Source: Ignavibacteriota bacterium
GTDB taxonomy: Bacteria; Bacteroidota; Ignavibacteria; UBA10030
DNA length: 64,000 nt
Reading direction: 5' to 3'
Assembly: GCA_963701295.1 (NCBI GenBank)
Contig: OY969585.1
Coordinates: 64,001-128,000 of the forward strand
The notes under the pieces were generated by a model. That model saw only the letters and a list, made by a program, of their open reading frames with translations, ran no database searches and was not told the origin of the DNA. Shown here piece by piece: positions 1 through 9,915 of this stretch. The position numbers and the translations under genes were made by a program. Positions within the stretch are counted from its first letter, which is position 1; every line of letters starts with the position of its first letter.

Positions 1-1
1 A

Positions 2-247
2 GGTGCGATTGAGATTATTGAAGAAGGAAGTTCTGGTCTCTTTGCCAAACCACTTGACGGTGCGGACATGGCACAGAAAGTGGAATGGCTGCTCGATCAC
101 CCGCAGTATCATCGTACGATGAAAGAACAAGCGCATCGACGTGCTCAGCAGTATCGCTGGGAATCGATCTTGAAACAATTATTTGACAACTATGAAGATG
201 TACTACAGGAGAACAAACGCCGCCGTCAAATGGAAACGGCTGCCTGA
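2..247 (+). CDS. Glycosyltransferase (GT4/GT-B) C-terminal fragment, truncated by window start
   Basis: Manual translation of frame 2: GAIEIIEEGSSGLFAKPLDGADMAQKVEWLLDHP...AQQYRWESILKQLFDNY...METAA*, typical GT4 C-terminus; stop 9 nt before next ATG. Confidence 0.75.
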   Translation, partial: GAIEIIEEGSSGLFAKPLDGADMAQKVEWLLDHPQYHRTMKEQAHRRAQQYRWESILKQLFDNYEDVLQENKRRRQMETAA

Positions 248-256
248 GAATTTTCA

Positions 257-1225
257 ATGTCCCCGTCATTTCAAATAGCACATATTTCAGATCCACATAT
301 CAGCAGACAATATTACCGCGAGCATATGAAGTCCTTCAAGCTTCTCTTGCGGGCTGTACTGGACGAAGGTGTCGATCACATTATCATCTCCGGGGACATT
401 ATCAGCACAGGACACGAAGATGATTCTTATCTTGCACGAGAGATATTTTCAAATCTGGGTCTTCTCGACAGCAATAGACTCACCGTCGTCCCAGGTAATC
501 ACGATATTTTTGGCGGTCCGCATCGAGCTGTGGATGTGTTAAGTTTTCCTCAATATATTCGGTCCGTCGATTATAAATATCGCAAAGAATTATTTCAGAA
601 CGCCTTTGCTGAAACATATCATGGAGTCCACCACGTCAGTACTTCGGATCTTTTTCCCTTTATCAAAATCATTGGACCGTTCAACATCATCGGATTAAAT
701 TCTATTCCCCCTTGGTCGCTCACCCGTAATCCGTTCGGAACGAACGGCAGTCTGGATGATAAACAGATCGAACTATTAGAACATATAGGCACATCCGATC
801 TTTTGGCAGATCGCACGAATATTATCGTCTTACATCACCACTTCAACGATCTGCTCCAATCGGATTATCAAGCAGGCAATATCTGGACACGCATCGAATC
901 CAACACGATGCGCATGAAGAAACGACGAAAAATAATTCGAATATTTCAATCTTTAAATATACGCTATGTACTTCACGGACACATTCATCGTAATGAAATC
1001 TATGAACGCAACGGTATCCTCTTTGCTAATGGCGCAGGAGCTGTATGTGATGATCCGGTACGGTACCTAAAATACAACCTTCTTCAACAGAACGACGGTT
1101 ACTGTACAATAAAAATCCGCCAACTGCCGATCCCGTATCAAGTATCCACATTGACAATGGCGCTTCATCGGAGACATAGACCTCTCTCCATACCAGAGTT
1201 TGCTATGAAATCTCTTGATTCCTAA
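257..1225 (+). CDS. Calcineurin-like metallophosphoesterase (CpdA/Icc-like)
   Basis: Motifs HISDPH, SGD, PGNHD, LHHH, LHGHIH. Confidence 0.9.
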   Translation: MSPSFQIAHISDPHISRQYYREHMKSFKLLLRAVLDEGVDHIIISGDIISTGHEDDSYLAREIFSNLGLLDSNRLTVVPGNHDIFGGPHRAVDVLSFPQYIRSVDYKYRKELFQNAFAETYHGVHHVSTSDLFPFIKIIGPFNIIGLNSIPPWSLTRNPFGTNGSLDDKQIELLEHIGTSDLLADRTNIIVLHHHFNDLLQSDYQAGNIWTRIESNTMRMKKRRKIIRIFQSLNIRYVLHGHIHRNEIYERNGILFANGAGAVCDDPVRYLKYNLLQQNDGYCTIKIRQLPIPYQVSTLTMALHRRHRPLSIPEFAMKSLDS

Positions 1226-1230
1226 ACGAA

Positions 1231-2079
1231 ATGATCGAGCTTGCGACATATCAGGACATGCCTTTGAATACGGGTGACATCATCCTGCAGTCGGATTTAT
1301 TGGAGAGTCTTCTGAATATCGAACTTCGATTCGGTGAATCCCACCTTGGAGGAAAAAGCCGTGTCGCGGTCTTTGATCTAGACAATACATTGCTCATAGG
1401 TGATATCGGCGATGCAGTATATGCTCAATTGCTTTCAGACGGCTTTCCGCTTCCTTTATCCTGGCTGGATTATCAACAAATGATTAAAGAAGATCCGAAG
1501 AATGCGTACATTGAAGTAGTGAAAGCACTAGATGGCATTCCTTTTGAATATCTTGTGCGAACAACAAAGCGAGTTCTGCAATCCAAAGACGATATCATTC
1601 TGTGTGGAGACTCAGAAGTTTTAATCCCAAAACCGAATTATTTGATGTACGAACTTGTGCGTCTTTTACATCAATGGCAATATACTATTTTTGTGATTTC
1701 AGCAAGCAATGACATATCGGCAAAAATTGCAGGTTCTATGATATTCGATATCCCGGCGAATAATATTGCTGGAATAAAACCCTATATTTCAGATGGAAAG
1801 ATTGTTGGGCAAATTCAGCACCCTATTCCTTTCGGTGAAGGAAAGGTCGCACAGTACCGCAGGATGAGCGGCGAAGTGATACCTATGGTTGTAGCAACAG
1901 ATAACGAATCTGATCTACCGATGCTGCAAATGTGCGATCCTGATGGATTAGCTATTTTAGTCGGGGAAAGTCATATCCTCTATACGAAAGCAAAGAACCA
2001 ACTGCCGATTTCGATCCACATTCAACGTGTTATCACCAATCCTATTTCATTTCTCCAACAACAATACCGCGTTGCCTGA
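1231..2079 (+). CDS. HAD-superfamily phosphatase (phosphoserine-phosphatase-like)
   Basis: Motif I VFDLDNTL, motif II ISAS, motif III GEGK, motif IV-like TDNESDLPM. Confidence 0.85.
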   Translation: MIELATYQDMPLNTGDIILQSDLLESLLNIELRFGESHLGGKSRVAVFDLDNTLLIGDIGDAVYAQLLSDGFPLPLSWLDYQQMIKEDPKNAYIEVVKALDGIPFEYLVRTTKRVLQSKDDIILCGDSEVLIPKPNYLMYELVRLLHQWQYTIFVISASNDISAKIAGSMIFDIPANNIAGIKPYISDGKIVGQIQHPIPFGEGKVAQYRRMSGEVIPMVVATDNESDLPMLQMCDPDGLAILVGESHILYTKAKNQLPISIHIQRVITNPISFLQQQYRVA

Positions 2080-4461
2080 AGAACATTTGATACGCGTCTT
2101 GGCTTCCTCTGTCACAACCTGAACCTCAATTCCTGGCGTAACTGCTAATACTCTTGTGAGGGTAAATGGAAGACGGATATCCACAATAGACGGCTTTGTA
2201 TCAGAGGATAGTTCTAATGTTAAAGAACAAAGGGCTTTTTTCTCTGTCTCATATTGCAATGAACAATGAAACTTCCCAAACGATGTCGCGATTCCATTGA
2301 CCGATGTGTCCGTTCCCCACTTCAACATTCCCGGATATATATCATGGAAAACCAAAAGAGCATTTTCTTTTTCCCGTACAAGACAATCGAGCAGAAACAA
2401 AACGATTTCCGCTGCAACCCATCCGTGATGTCCATCTCCCATAGCACCACCGCCGGTCTTTGGGTGGATCGCTTCTGGAAGCGAATAGGGAGATATACAT
2501 CGATGAAAAATTGTATTTGCAATGCGCCATGCACGTTGAGGATTATTCCTGAGTAAATATGCATGCGCCAATTGGAGCGTTAAGTAGGCATTGTATCCGG
2601 AATGAATGATAGGATGGTAAAAACCTTTTTCATCAACATAACGATCTGTGAATTCATCCAGCGTCATTTGAAACGCGTTTGGATATACATCCTCCAGCGC
2701 CAGCGGATAAATTCCACACACAAACCCAATGGCACTTTCATCGAACGGACGCGATGGCGATGCGGGAATTACTTCCCTGCCAAGCCGTGCAGCAACTTTC
2801 TCGAGTGAACGATAAATATCTCCGGCGAACATCTCCGCTTCACGTTCCCAATGAACTGCTAATTCTTCCTTATGCACTTTGTGCGCCAAACCAACGGCAG
2901 ATCGAATTCCTGCCAATCCCCAGAATGAATCCCAATAGTATTGATCAACCGTTCCAAAATGTTCAGCGCTTAAACTCGGCGGTAAAAGTCCGCGATGTGT
3001 TGTTGCAGTGTCTTTACTTGTTCGCTTCTTTTTGAGAATCCATTCCGCTGCTCGCTGGAGCGATGGGAAATAATGGTTCAGCCATGAATACGAATGTGTC
3101 AGCTTTGCATGCTGCTCCACGACCCAGAGGGCTTCACCGTTGGAATCCCATTCGCCATCCGGGCCGCGGAAAAAACCATCGCTCATTTGCCGCTCTGGAA
3201 ACGCGTCGATCACCTGCCGTACTCGCCTATGAAACCCCATCCGGTCAAGAGCATATACCATTGGTGCTGCATCGCGAAACCAGAAATGATGATAGAGATA
3301 TGGTCCGGGAGAAATAAATTTTCCATCGTGGAGCTGCAACAATGCCAGCACATTTGCATCAAACATTTTTTGCAATGATTCATCTGCAAGAGTAATCTGC
3401 GCGCCAAGCGACCGCTCTTTGATCCAGTGTGTCTGGTGCCGTTCAAGCCGGTTTTCAAAGGAAACGCGCCATGTTGCTTTGGGTTGAAGAAGGTGAAGCT
3501 CCTCTTTCGTTCCAAGAGCCGTGCTATAATGAATCGAATGATGCTGCCCAGGTAAAAGCTTCAACGGAAAAACCACAACGGCATGAGCAAGACCGATAGT
3601 ACACGAAATAGACTGTTTCTCTTGGATGTTTTCATCTTCTTCGTACCATCTCTGAAGGTTCTGCTGCCGGAGAAGATTCACAACATCTCCCTGTTCGGAA
3701 TTTGAGCAGAACACAGCCCGTGGTTCTTCTGCGAACACGATACCAAGACATTGATCGATAACAATCTGCCTCGATGGACGGTATTCAATACGATGGATGG
3801 GCGACACACCTTCCGGATTAAATGGACGAACGGCGACACACACGGCTAGATTGCCAGACAACTTTCCGTCATTCATAACGGTAATTCTTTGAAAAAGGAC
3901 ATCTCTCCCATGATTAGTCGAATCAACGAACGCTTCCAAGTCAAGAACAAAACCATCAACCTCGAATCGGGTAATAACTCGCGGGGCTTGTGTATCAAAT
4001 TTCTGGCTCGATGGAAAATGAAACGACGGGAGAAAGAGATCTTTCTCTGTTTTCAACCAGACATCGATAGACCATTCCCTGGGAAGCGGTGTCGCCAAAC
4101 CACGCGGATCAATAATTGCCTCGTGTTTTCCTGTCGGACTTCCTAAGAGTGTCCAATTTCTATGCGTGATATTCAAGAGAAGAGGATTTTGTGATCTTGC
4201 AATAAAACTTTCATTTTTAGGATCAAGTTGTCGATGCACCCAGTGTGGATACACCCAATCCCGCTTCATCTGCAGAAGCGCATAATTCAGTAATCCGCGT
4301 GTAATCATTGGAGCGCTTAACTGAAAGAGCTCGGCTGGGAAACCGCTTCCATCCACATCGCTTAATTGCCCCGCAATCTGCAATTGATGAATCGCCTGCG
4401 AAGGAATTTTCAACTGTTTCAATACTTGTTCAAATGCAAAAGAAGAAACGTTCATCATCAC
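2047..4461 (-). CDS. Putative six-hairpin (alpha/alpha)6 glycoside-hydrolase-like protein
   Basis: 804 aa; YHHFWFRDAA, EWDSNGEALW, YYWDSFWGLAG and LPEAIHP segments resemble GH15/GH63-like barrels; family not resolvable by eye. Confidence 0.6.
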   Translation of the reverse strand: MMMNVSSFAFEQVLKQLKIPSQAIHQLQIAGQLSDVDGSGFPAELFQLSAPMITRGLLNYALLQMKRDWVYPHWVHRQLDPKNESFIARSQNPLLLNITHRNWTLLGSPTGKHEAIIDPRGLATPLPREWSIDVWLKTEKDLFLPSFHFPSSQKFDTQAPRVITRFEVDGFVLDLEAFVDSTNHGRDVLFQRITVMNDGKLSGNLAVCVAVRPFNPEGVSPIHRIEYRPSRQIVIDQCLGIVFAEEPRAVFCSNSEQGDVVNLLRQQNLQRWYEEDENIQEKQSISCTIGLAHAVVVFPLKLLPGQHHSIHYSTALGTKEELHLLQPKATWRVSFENRLERHQTHWIKERSLGAQITLADESLQKMFDANVLALLQLHDGKFISPGPYLYHHFWFRDAAPMVYALDRMGFHRRVRQVIDAFPERQMSDGFFRGPDGEWDSNGEALWVVEQHAKLTHSYSWLNHYFPSLQRAAEWILKKKRTSKDTATTHRGLLPPSLSAEHFGTVDQYYWDSFWGLAGIRSAVGLAHKVHKEELAVHWEREAEMFAGDIYRSLEKVAARLGREVIPASPSRPFDESAIGFVCGIYPLALEDVYPNAFQMTLDEFTDRYVDEKGFYHPIIHSGYNAYLTLQLAHAYLLRNNPQRAWRIANTIFHRCISPYSLPEAIHPKTGGGAMGDGHHGWVAAEIVLFLLDCLVREKENALLVFHDIYPGMLKWGTDTSVNGIATSFGKFHCSLQYETEKKALCSLTLELSSDTKPSIVDIRLPFTLTRVLAVTPGIEVQVVTEEAKTRIKCSSGNAVLLLEK

Positions 4462-4524
4462 TCTGAATAGTGTTCATACGAATATACGACCACAATTCCA
4501 TCGAGACAAGCAACGTCGGAGAAC

Positions 4525-4578
4525 TTAACAATTTGGTAATAAATCGTTCATCGTTCTGAAAACCCGATTCGTTATACT
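4525..4578 (+). promoter_or_regulatory. Pho-box-like array plus -10-like hexamer
   Basis: TTAAC(4525) GTAAT(4536) TTCAT(4547) at 11-bp spacing; TATACT at 4573; 43/51 nt identical to the pst operon 1 promoter. Confidence 0.75.
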
Positions 4579-4610
4579 TGTATGAATTCAATTTGCGGAC
4601 AAAACATCTC

Positions 4611-5402
4611 ATGTCTCTTGGAACAACCCACATGATGCAAATCTTATTATCAGGTATGCTCGTCATGGTCATTATGCTTTCTCACTTCTCAAAAGACGAT
4701 CATCTGATGAAAGGAGATACGTTTTATCAATCCTGCGATAATGAACAGGCGCTAAAAGAGTATCAACTTGCATATAATGATTCTCCATCCGATTACAACA
4801 CTTTGCTGCGAATAGTCCGGATCCATAACGATATGGGAAGAATCCAAATGAGGACAGGGACTGAATCAGAAAAGCATTATCGCTTAGCGGTTGTTTACGC
4901 TGATTCACTCCAACGGTATTATCCAGACAGCGCGGCTGCTCATTTTTGGTTTGCCCTGGCAAAAGGGAGCCTCATTCCGTTTGTTGGTATGCGTGAGAAG
5001 ATTGCCATTGGGAAAGAGGTGAAACAACAGCTTCAAGCTGCGCTTCAGCGGGATTCTACGTTCTCATATGCATATGTTCTCAAAGCGATCTTTGAACGCG
5101 AAGGAAGTCAGCTCAGCTGGCTCGAGAAAGGGATTGTTCGAATTGTATTCGGCGAAGACCTTTCAGGTTCTCTTCAAACATCAGAACAATATTTGCGAAA
5201 GGCATTGCAATACGATACGACGAATTCGTTTGCCTATTATGAACTGTACTGGACATATAAGGCGATGGAAGATACAGCCGGCGCTCGTTCTGCATTGCAG
5301 CACATCTTGAAGATGCCTCCAAGAAATTTGCGGGAACAAAATCAGCAGGAAGAAGCCCAACAGCAATTGCAAATATTCAATAATAATAATCAAACGGATT
5401 GA
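4611..5402 (+). CDS. Secreted/membrane-anchored TPR-like helical repeat protein
   Basis: Hydrophobic N-terminus, TPR-like repeats (ALKEYQLAY, AAAHFWFALAKG, YLRKALQYD); TTG 4578 overlaps the -10 box so ATG 4611 or 4632 is the more likely start. Confidence 0.7.
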   Translation: MSLGTTHMMQILLSGMLVMVIMLSHFSKDDHLMKGDTFYQSCDNEQALKEYQLAYNDSPSDYNTLLRIVRIHNDMGRIQMRTGTESEKHYRLAVVYADSLQRYYPDSAAAHFWFALAKGSLIPFVGMREKIAIGKEVKQQLQAALQRDSTFSYAYVLKAIFEREGSQLSWLEKGIVRIVFGEDLSGSLQTSEQYLRKALQYDTTNSFAYYELYWTYKAMEDTAGARSALQHILKMPPRNLREQNQQEEAQQQLQIFNNNNQTD

Positions 5403-5460
5403 AGTTTCGAAATGACGGGATAACTAATAGTTCATATCAGGAGAGTGACCACGAATTCAT

Positions 5461-5769
5461 TTATTCCTCGATCTGTTCAAGTTCATCTGTTTGTTGCAGG
5501 ATTATGATTTTTCTTGCCATCTGACACAAATGTTGAAGAGCAATAATTGTCCGCTGTAAATGAAAATTATTTGCATCAAGAAATTGTCGCGGATTTTTGC
5601 ATACATATAGTATACGGGAAAGGCGTCGTTTCAACGCTTGCGCAAAGTAATTCGTTGAATCATATGTCAATATGGAAACGACATCTTGTTGTGCTTTTTC
5701 AAGTTCATGGTTCTGAAGTCGTTCTTCAATTCTTTGGAACATCGGAATGAGCGGTGATATTGTCTGCAT
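5461..5769 (-). CDS. Hypothetical helical protein
   Basis: 102-aa ATG ORF preceded by GGAG; one TPR-like segment; fills an otherwise empty gap. Confidence 0.55.
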   Translation of the reverse strand: MQTISPLIPMFQRIEERLQNHELEKAQQDVVSILTYDSTNYFAQALKRRLSRILYVCKNPRQFLDANNFHLQRTIIALQHLCQMARKIIILQQTDELEQIEE

Positions 5770-5872
5770 ATATTCTCCGATCGATAATAGAATGATCGTA
5801 TATTGAACGCTTCAGTAAGCGATGAACGCATAAAACATATTCATTGATCTGGATAAGCGCAAGAATGAATTG

Positions 5873-5899
5873 ATTAATCTCTTGTTATAGTATTGTAAA
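5873..5899 (-). promoter_or_regulatory. Pho-box-like array (weaker), also overlapping the upstream region of the response regulator
   Basis: Minus-strand TTTAC(5899) ATAAC(5888) TTAAT(5877) at 11-bp spacing; no -10 hexamer at the usual distance. Confidence 0.4.
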
Positions 5900-5922
5900 C
5901 ACAAAAAGATTGTGTAGCGACA

Positions 5923-6612
5923 ATGCAGAAATGTATTCTTATTATAGACAATGCAAAGGAACATCTTGACTTTCTCTCCTCAAATTTGGCGAATGAGGGG
6001 TATAGAGTGATCACCGCGAGAAATGGCGCCTCTGCGTTAGAACTCGTGAAACAAATACCCGACTTAATCATTCTTGATATTATACTACCGGATATAAATG
6101 GATTGGATATCATCAGAGAATTGAAACGCACAACAACGACATCGGCAATTCCGATTTTTGTTCTGACATCAAAAAAAACGGAAGCCGATGAAATCATTAG
6201 TCTGGAACTCGGGTCTGATGATTTTATTGTCAAACCGGTTCAAATCCAAAGGCTTCTGGCGCGCATACGAGCAATATTTCGTCAACAGGACAAGAGACAA
6301 TCAGCTTTCATGGATGAAGATGTTGTTTCATTTGAAGGCCTTGAAATTCGCATACCTGATTACACCATATCGTACGGAAATACTACGCTCCCCTTCCCTC
6401 GAAAGGAATTTGAGATTCTCATCCATCTTTTCCGACATCGCGATAGAGTCGTAACACGCGAAGCAATTTCTCGTGCGGTCTGGGGATCGAGCATTCAAGT
6501 ACCAAACCGCACCATAGATGTTCATATCGGAAGAATTCGTAAGAAGTTGGGCCGCTACGCGCACCTTATCGGAACTGTTCATGGTATCGGTTATCGATGT
6601 TATATTCCGTAA
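5923..6612 (+). CDS. OmpR/PhoB-family DNA-binding response regulator (PhoB/PhoP-like)
   Basis: Receiver LIILDIILP...VLTS...DFIVKP; winged helix KEFEIL...RTIDVHIGRIRKKLG...TVHGIGYR. Confidence 0.9.
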   Translation: MQKCILIIDNAKEHLDFLSSNLANEGYRVITARNGASALELVKQIPDLIILDIILPDINGLDIIRELKRTTTTSAIPIFVLTSKKTEADEIISLELGSDDFIVKPVQIQRLLARIRAIFRQQDKRQSAFMDEDVVSFEGLEIRIPDYTISYGNTTLPFPRKEFEILIHLFRHRDRVVTREAISRAVWGSSIQVPNRTIDVHIGRIRKKLGRYAHLIGTVHGIGYRCYIP

Positions 6613-6678
6613 TAACCGATCCGTAAAAAATTATCCTGCATAGCATTATTCCATTTCGACGGTTCAATTTATAAAACC

Positions 6679-6721
6679 TTAACCCTTCCATGATACTCCA
6701 GTAATATCTTTATCGCATATT
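6679..6721 (+). promoter_or_regulatory. Pho-box-like array plus -10-like hexamer
   Basis: TTAAC(6679) ATGAT(6690) GTAAT(6701); CATATT at 6716; shares CTTCCATGATACTCC with 18834-18848. Confidence 0.7.
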
Positions 6722-6757
6722 GATACATCGACATATTCAAAAAAAGAAAAGAACTCT

Positions 6758-7252
6758 ATGGACGCTTCATTATCACAGCTCGCAATGAAAATATCAGGAA
6801 TCGATATAACGGTTTCAAGTGGCAAAGTGACGGAATTATCTGTACATCACAAAATCCCATCAGATGCCAGGACTGAAGGCGGACAACCAATCGGATTCAT
6901 ATCATCCGGAAAAACATTTGAACAGCTATTAGAGGAATTAGAAATATACCACGAGTGTGTGTCCGTAGCGAATGCTCAGTTAAGACAAAAAATGAAAGCT
7001 CCCATCGGAACGGAAGGACAGTTTATGCCAACTAAAAGACAAGAAGACATCGAGATATTTACAACCGCCATTATTCTTGCATACAACAATATGGTCGGCG
7101 CAATTTTTTATCGAACACAAAAGCTGAAGACAAAACCAACTGATGATATATCATTTTCGACGCAGTACTCGAGGATCGTCAAAAACGCAATACAAAGCTC
7201 GATAGAGGTAACGAATCAACTTCTTAATTTCTCGCTTTTCATCCGTTCCTAA
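6758..7252 (+). CDS. Hypothetical protein (164 aa)
   Basis: Clean ORF between a Pho-box-like promoter and a hairpin; no recognisable motif. Confidence 0.7.
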   Translation: MDASLSQLAMKISGIDITVSSGKVTELSVHHKIPSDARTEGGQPIGFISSGKTFEQLLEELEIYHECVSVANAQLRQKMKAPIGTEGQFMPTKRQEDIEIFTTAIILAYNNMVGAIFYRTQKLKTKPTDDISFSTQYSRIVKNAIQSSIEVTNQLLNFSLFIRS

Positions 7253-7302
7253 TTCCTCTCCCCAATCTTCAACGCTTCTTTCTCTTTTTCTGTTGTACTT
7301 GA

Positions 7303-7329
7303 AGCCGACGTCATTGACGTCGGCTCTTT
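7303..7329 (+). terminator. Probable intrinsic terminator/palindrome
   Basis: AGCCGACGTCA-T-TGACGTCGGCT perfect inverted repeat followed by CTTT, 50 nt after the stop. Confidence 0.6.
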
Positions 7330-7734
7330 GCTAAATTTACATAATGCTATTACAATTTTATGATGGACTTTCTGTTAACGGAATTGTGAAATTATTTTTT
7401 GTTCTTATAATAAATCGCAACCTTAAAAGAAACGTAACTGTGACAAAGTCTTGTGTTCGTGATAGTTATAAGAACATATTGCGGTTACGATTTTAGTTCC
7501 TCAGCCCCTATCTCTTTTCGCTAAATGTTCAATGTCCGATTTATATCCATATAGTCAGCCACCCGATGCATCGGAATTCCTTACCACATCGGCAGTGAAT
7601 GCGGGCAGGGCAGATGACGGAAAAATGAAATTCTCCATTTTAGATGAATTGTTTGCAAAAACAGTATTTGAGAATCATTTGTTTGGCAGGTTCGAGGAAT
7701 GCAGGACGTTCTATGCTTTTACCAACCTGTAAAA

Positions 7735-8487
7735 TCATATTATCCAGCGAATTCCTATATAGGCAACATATGTTCTGCCTCGTTCGGGAGAATACACCGT
7801 TGTTCCTGTAGATGCTAGAAATCCAAGTAACGGACTCAGTTTGCATGTCAAGCCAATATTTAGAATTATTTCTCCAAGTCCGGCATGAATTTGATTGTCA
7901 CCATGAAGTTCTGCAAGAAGCTCGCACTGTTCCGATTGTTCATATCCCATCACGATACCGTACGCAAGTTCATCCTGTCTTGATGCAATAAAAGAGTAAC
8001 CGATATCGGCGGCATAATGAAATCGCCTGAATGTTTTTGCCACTTCAAAAGGAAGGAAAAATTGCGGGGCTTCACCTTCTTCTGTAATCGAGGAATTGTT
8101 GAATTCATACTGAGGATAGGTTGAAACCGCAATGCCGTATGCTTCTTCATCAAGGAATCTTGCTTTTACACCTATTTTGATATTCCCGCAGCCAATAAGA
8201 GAGCCATTATCGTTGTGAAGATAGTTCATCATCGGCATCTCTATTTTTAATTGAATGTGATCTCCATACCCATAATTGATATCGACTGCGGGAAAACTCA
8301 TTTCTTGTGTTGAAGCTGTTTCAGTAAATTGTATTGCGAAATTGTTTTCCCAGTGTCCACCTCCCGGCGTAAAGGGATCATCGGTAATCATCGGTGGACC
8401 GCCTTGTCCGTATGCACGTATAGCCGCGATAAGCACTAACAGAAATAAAAGAGAAAACCGAAACTGATGATGCAATGATGAAACCAC
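7735..8487 (-). CDS. Putative outer-membrane beta-barrel protein
   Basis: Signal peptide, GGPPMITDDP N-terminal motif, alternating aromatic beta-strands, C-terminal YIGIRW. Confidence 0.65.
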   Translation of the reverse strand: MVSSLHHQFRFSLLFLLVLIAAIRAYGQGGPPMITDDPFTPGGGHWENNFAIQFTETASTQEMSFPAVDINYGYGDHIQLKIEMPMMNYLHNDNGSLIGCGNIKIGVKARFLDEEAYGIAVSTYPQYEFNNSSITEEGEAPQFFLPFEVAKTFRRFHYAADIGYSFIASRQDELAYGIVMGYEQSEQCELLAELHGDNQIHAGLGEIILNIGLTCKLSPLLGFLASTGTTVYSPERGRTYVAYIGIRWII

Positions 8488-8849
8488 GGATCTTATTTCC
8501 TTAACTTCTCTTTGAATACGTGGCCAAGGATTTGACGCGAATGTTTCCTTTCAATATTCAGTGCCAAGTGAATAGGATGCACTATTTGCTGAAAAACGGT
8601 TTGAGCCGTTTGTTGCGATAAATTGTACCACTCTTGTGCCTTAAAATCTGAAGCTTAAGTCGTTCCCTGCAAGTCAAGCTCCCTTGCTATCGAAAAATAA
8701 GAGCATACATGCAAGAATATCTTACACAATTGCCGATTTTCATCTTCGACCTTCACACAAAATAATATCAATATATTTGTATTGATCTGCAATTACTTTT
8801 CGTTCTTTACTACCTTTACAGCTGGAGAGGTCGATGCATTATGGACGTT

Positions 8850-9851
8850 TTATCGAACCCCAACGATGAGTACCATCATCTCTCCTTTCATACCGCTGGG
8901 TTCATCTACTTGGCGAGCTGCGGGAAGGAATATTCGGTGCGATTGCGGATCAATAGCAAGCGTTTTTGCTCCAAGAGAAGTAAGAACTTTACCGACTAAA
9001 GCAAACTTCGCCGGACCTTCTTCGCGGATGACATCAACGCTGCCATCCTTATTCGAGACATAGATCAGTCCGGTACCGGCATCGAACGCCGTACCATCCA
9101 CACCCTTGCCGATGGAAAAATGTGCTAGAATGTGTCCATCATCCGCGTTCATTGCTACAAAAATCTGGTTTCTTCCACCGATGAAGAGAACACGGTTTGT
9201 TCGATCCATCGAAAGTCCCGTTGGTGTTTCTGCCGGAGCAAGTGGCCATCTCGAACATATCTTGAGTGATGTTGCATCGAACCGTATGATCTCATTTGTA
9301 TTCTCAATGTTCACAAAAATATCTCCTCTGCCGTCCGCTACAGGACATTCTGGTGGGCCGCCGAGTTCCATCATTCCAACAACAGCCATAGTTGCGGCAT
9401 CGATAGCAGTACAATTTTCACTTTCACCATTGAACGTGAAGATGCGCTTCGTCACCGGTTCATACAGGATGGCATCAGGTTTTTTCCCTACATCAATCGT
9501 TCCAATGATCCCCAGCGTCTTGAGGTCGAAGACAGTGACATTGTCGCTTTTACCGTTGCTTGTGAAACCGCGGGAGAATTCAGAAGCAAGTGCGACACCA
9601 TGAACACCTGACGTTTTTTCGATACTTCCTATGCGATCCTTTGTATCGTATTGAACGACTTCGACACAAGTACCGTGAGAGATATACAGGCGGTGTGCTA
9701 AAGTATCGCATGTGATGTAATCCATCCCTCCGGAACCACCCACAGCGATTGTATCGAGGACAACAGGAAGAACGGATTGTGCCAAGGTGAACGAGGCTGC
9801 GTTGCAGAGGAGCACGATGAGAATAAGCAACCATGTGAATGTGCGTTTCAT
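8850..9851 (-). CDS. YncE-family beta-propeller secreted protein
   Basis: Signal peptide; GGMDY, GVHGVA, GFTSNG, VGKKPDAI repeats (YVTN-like). Confidence 0.85.
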   Translation of the reverse strand: MKRTFTWLLILIVLLCNAASFTLAQSVLPVVLDTIAVGGSGGMDYITCDTLAHRLYISHGTCVEVVQYDTKDRIGSIEKTSGVHGVALASEFSRGFTSNGKSDNVTVFDLKTLGIIGTIDVGKKPDAILYEPVTKRIFTFNGESENCTAIDAATMAVVGMMELGGPPECPVADGRGDIFVNIENTNEIIRFDATSLKICSRWPLAPAETPTGLSMDRTNRVLFIGGRNQIFVAMNADDGHILAHFSIGKGVDGTAFDAGTGLIYVSNKDGSVDVIREEGPAKFALVGKVLTSLGAKTLAIDPQSHRIFLPAARQVDEPSGMKGEMMVLIVGVR

Positions 9852-9915
9852 AAAAGTCTCTCAAGAAGTCATGGAATAGTTTTCGTTGATTCGAATGTCG
9901 CTTTTCTAAACGACC

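Noticed and set aside
7340-7732. Possible Pho box near 7349-7379 and ORF 7532..7732
   Set aside because: Repeats do not keep an 11-bp register and the ORF lacks an RBS or motif
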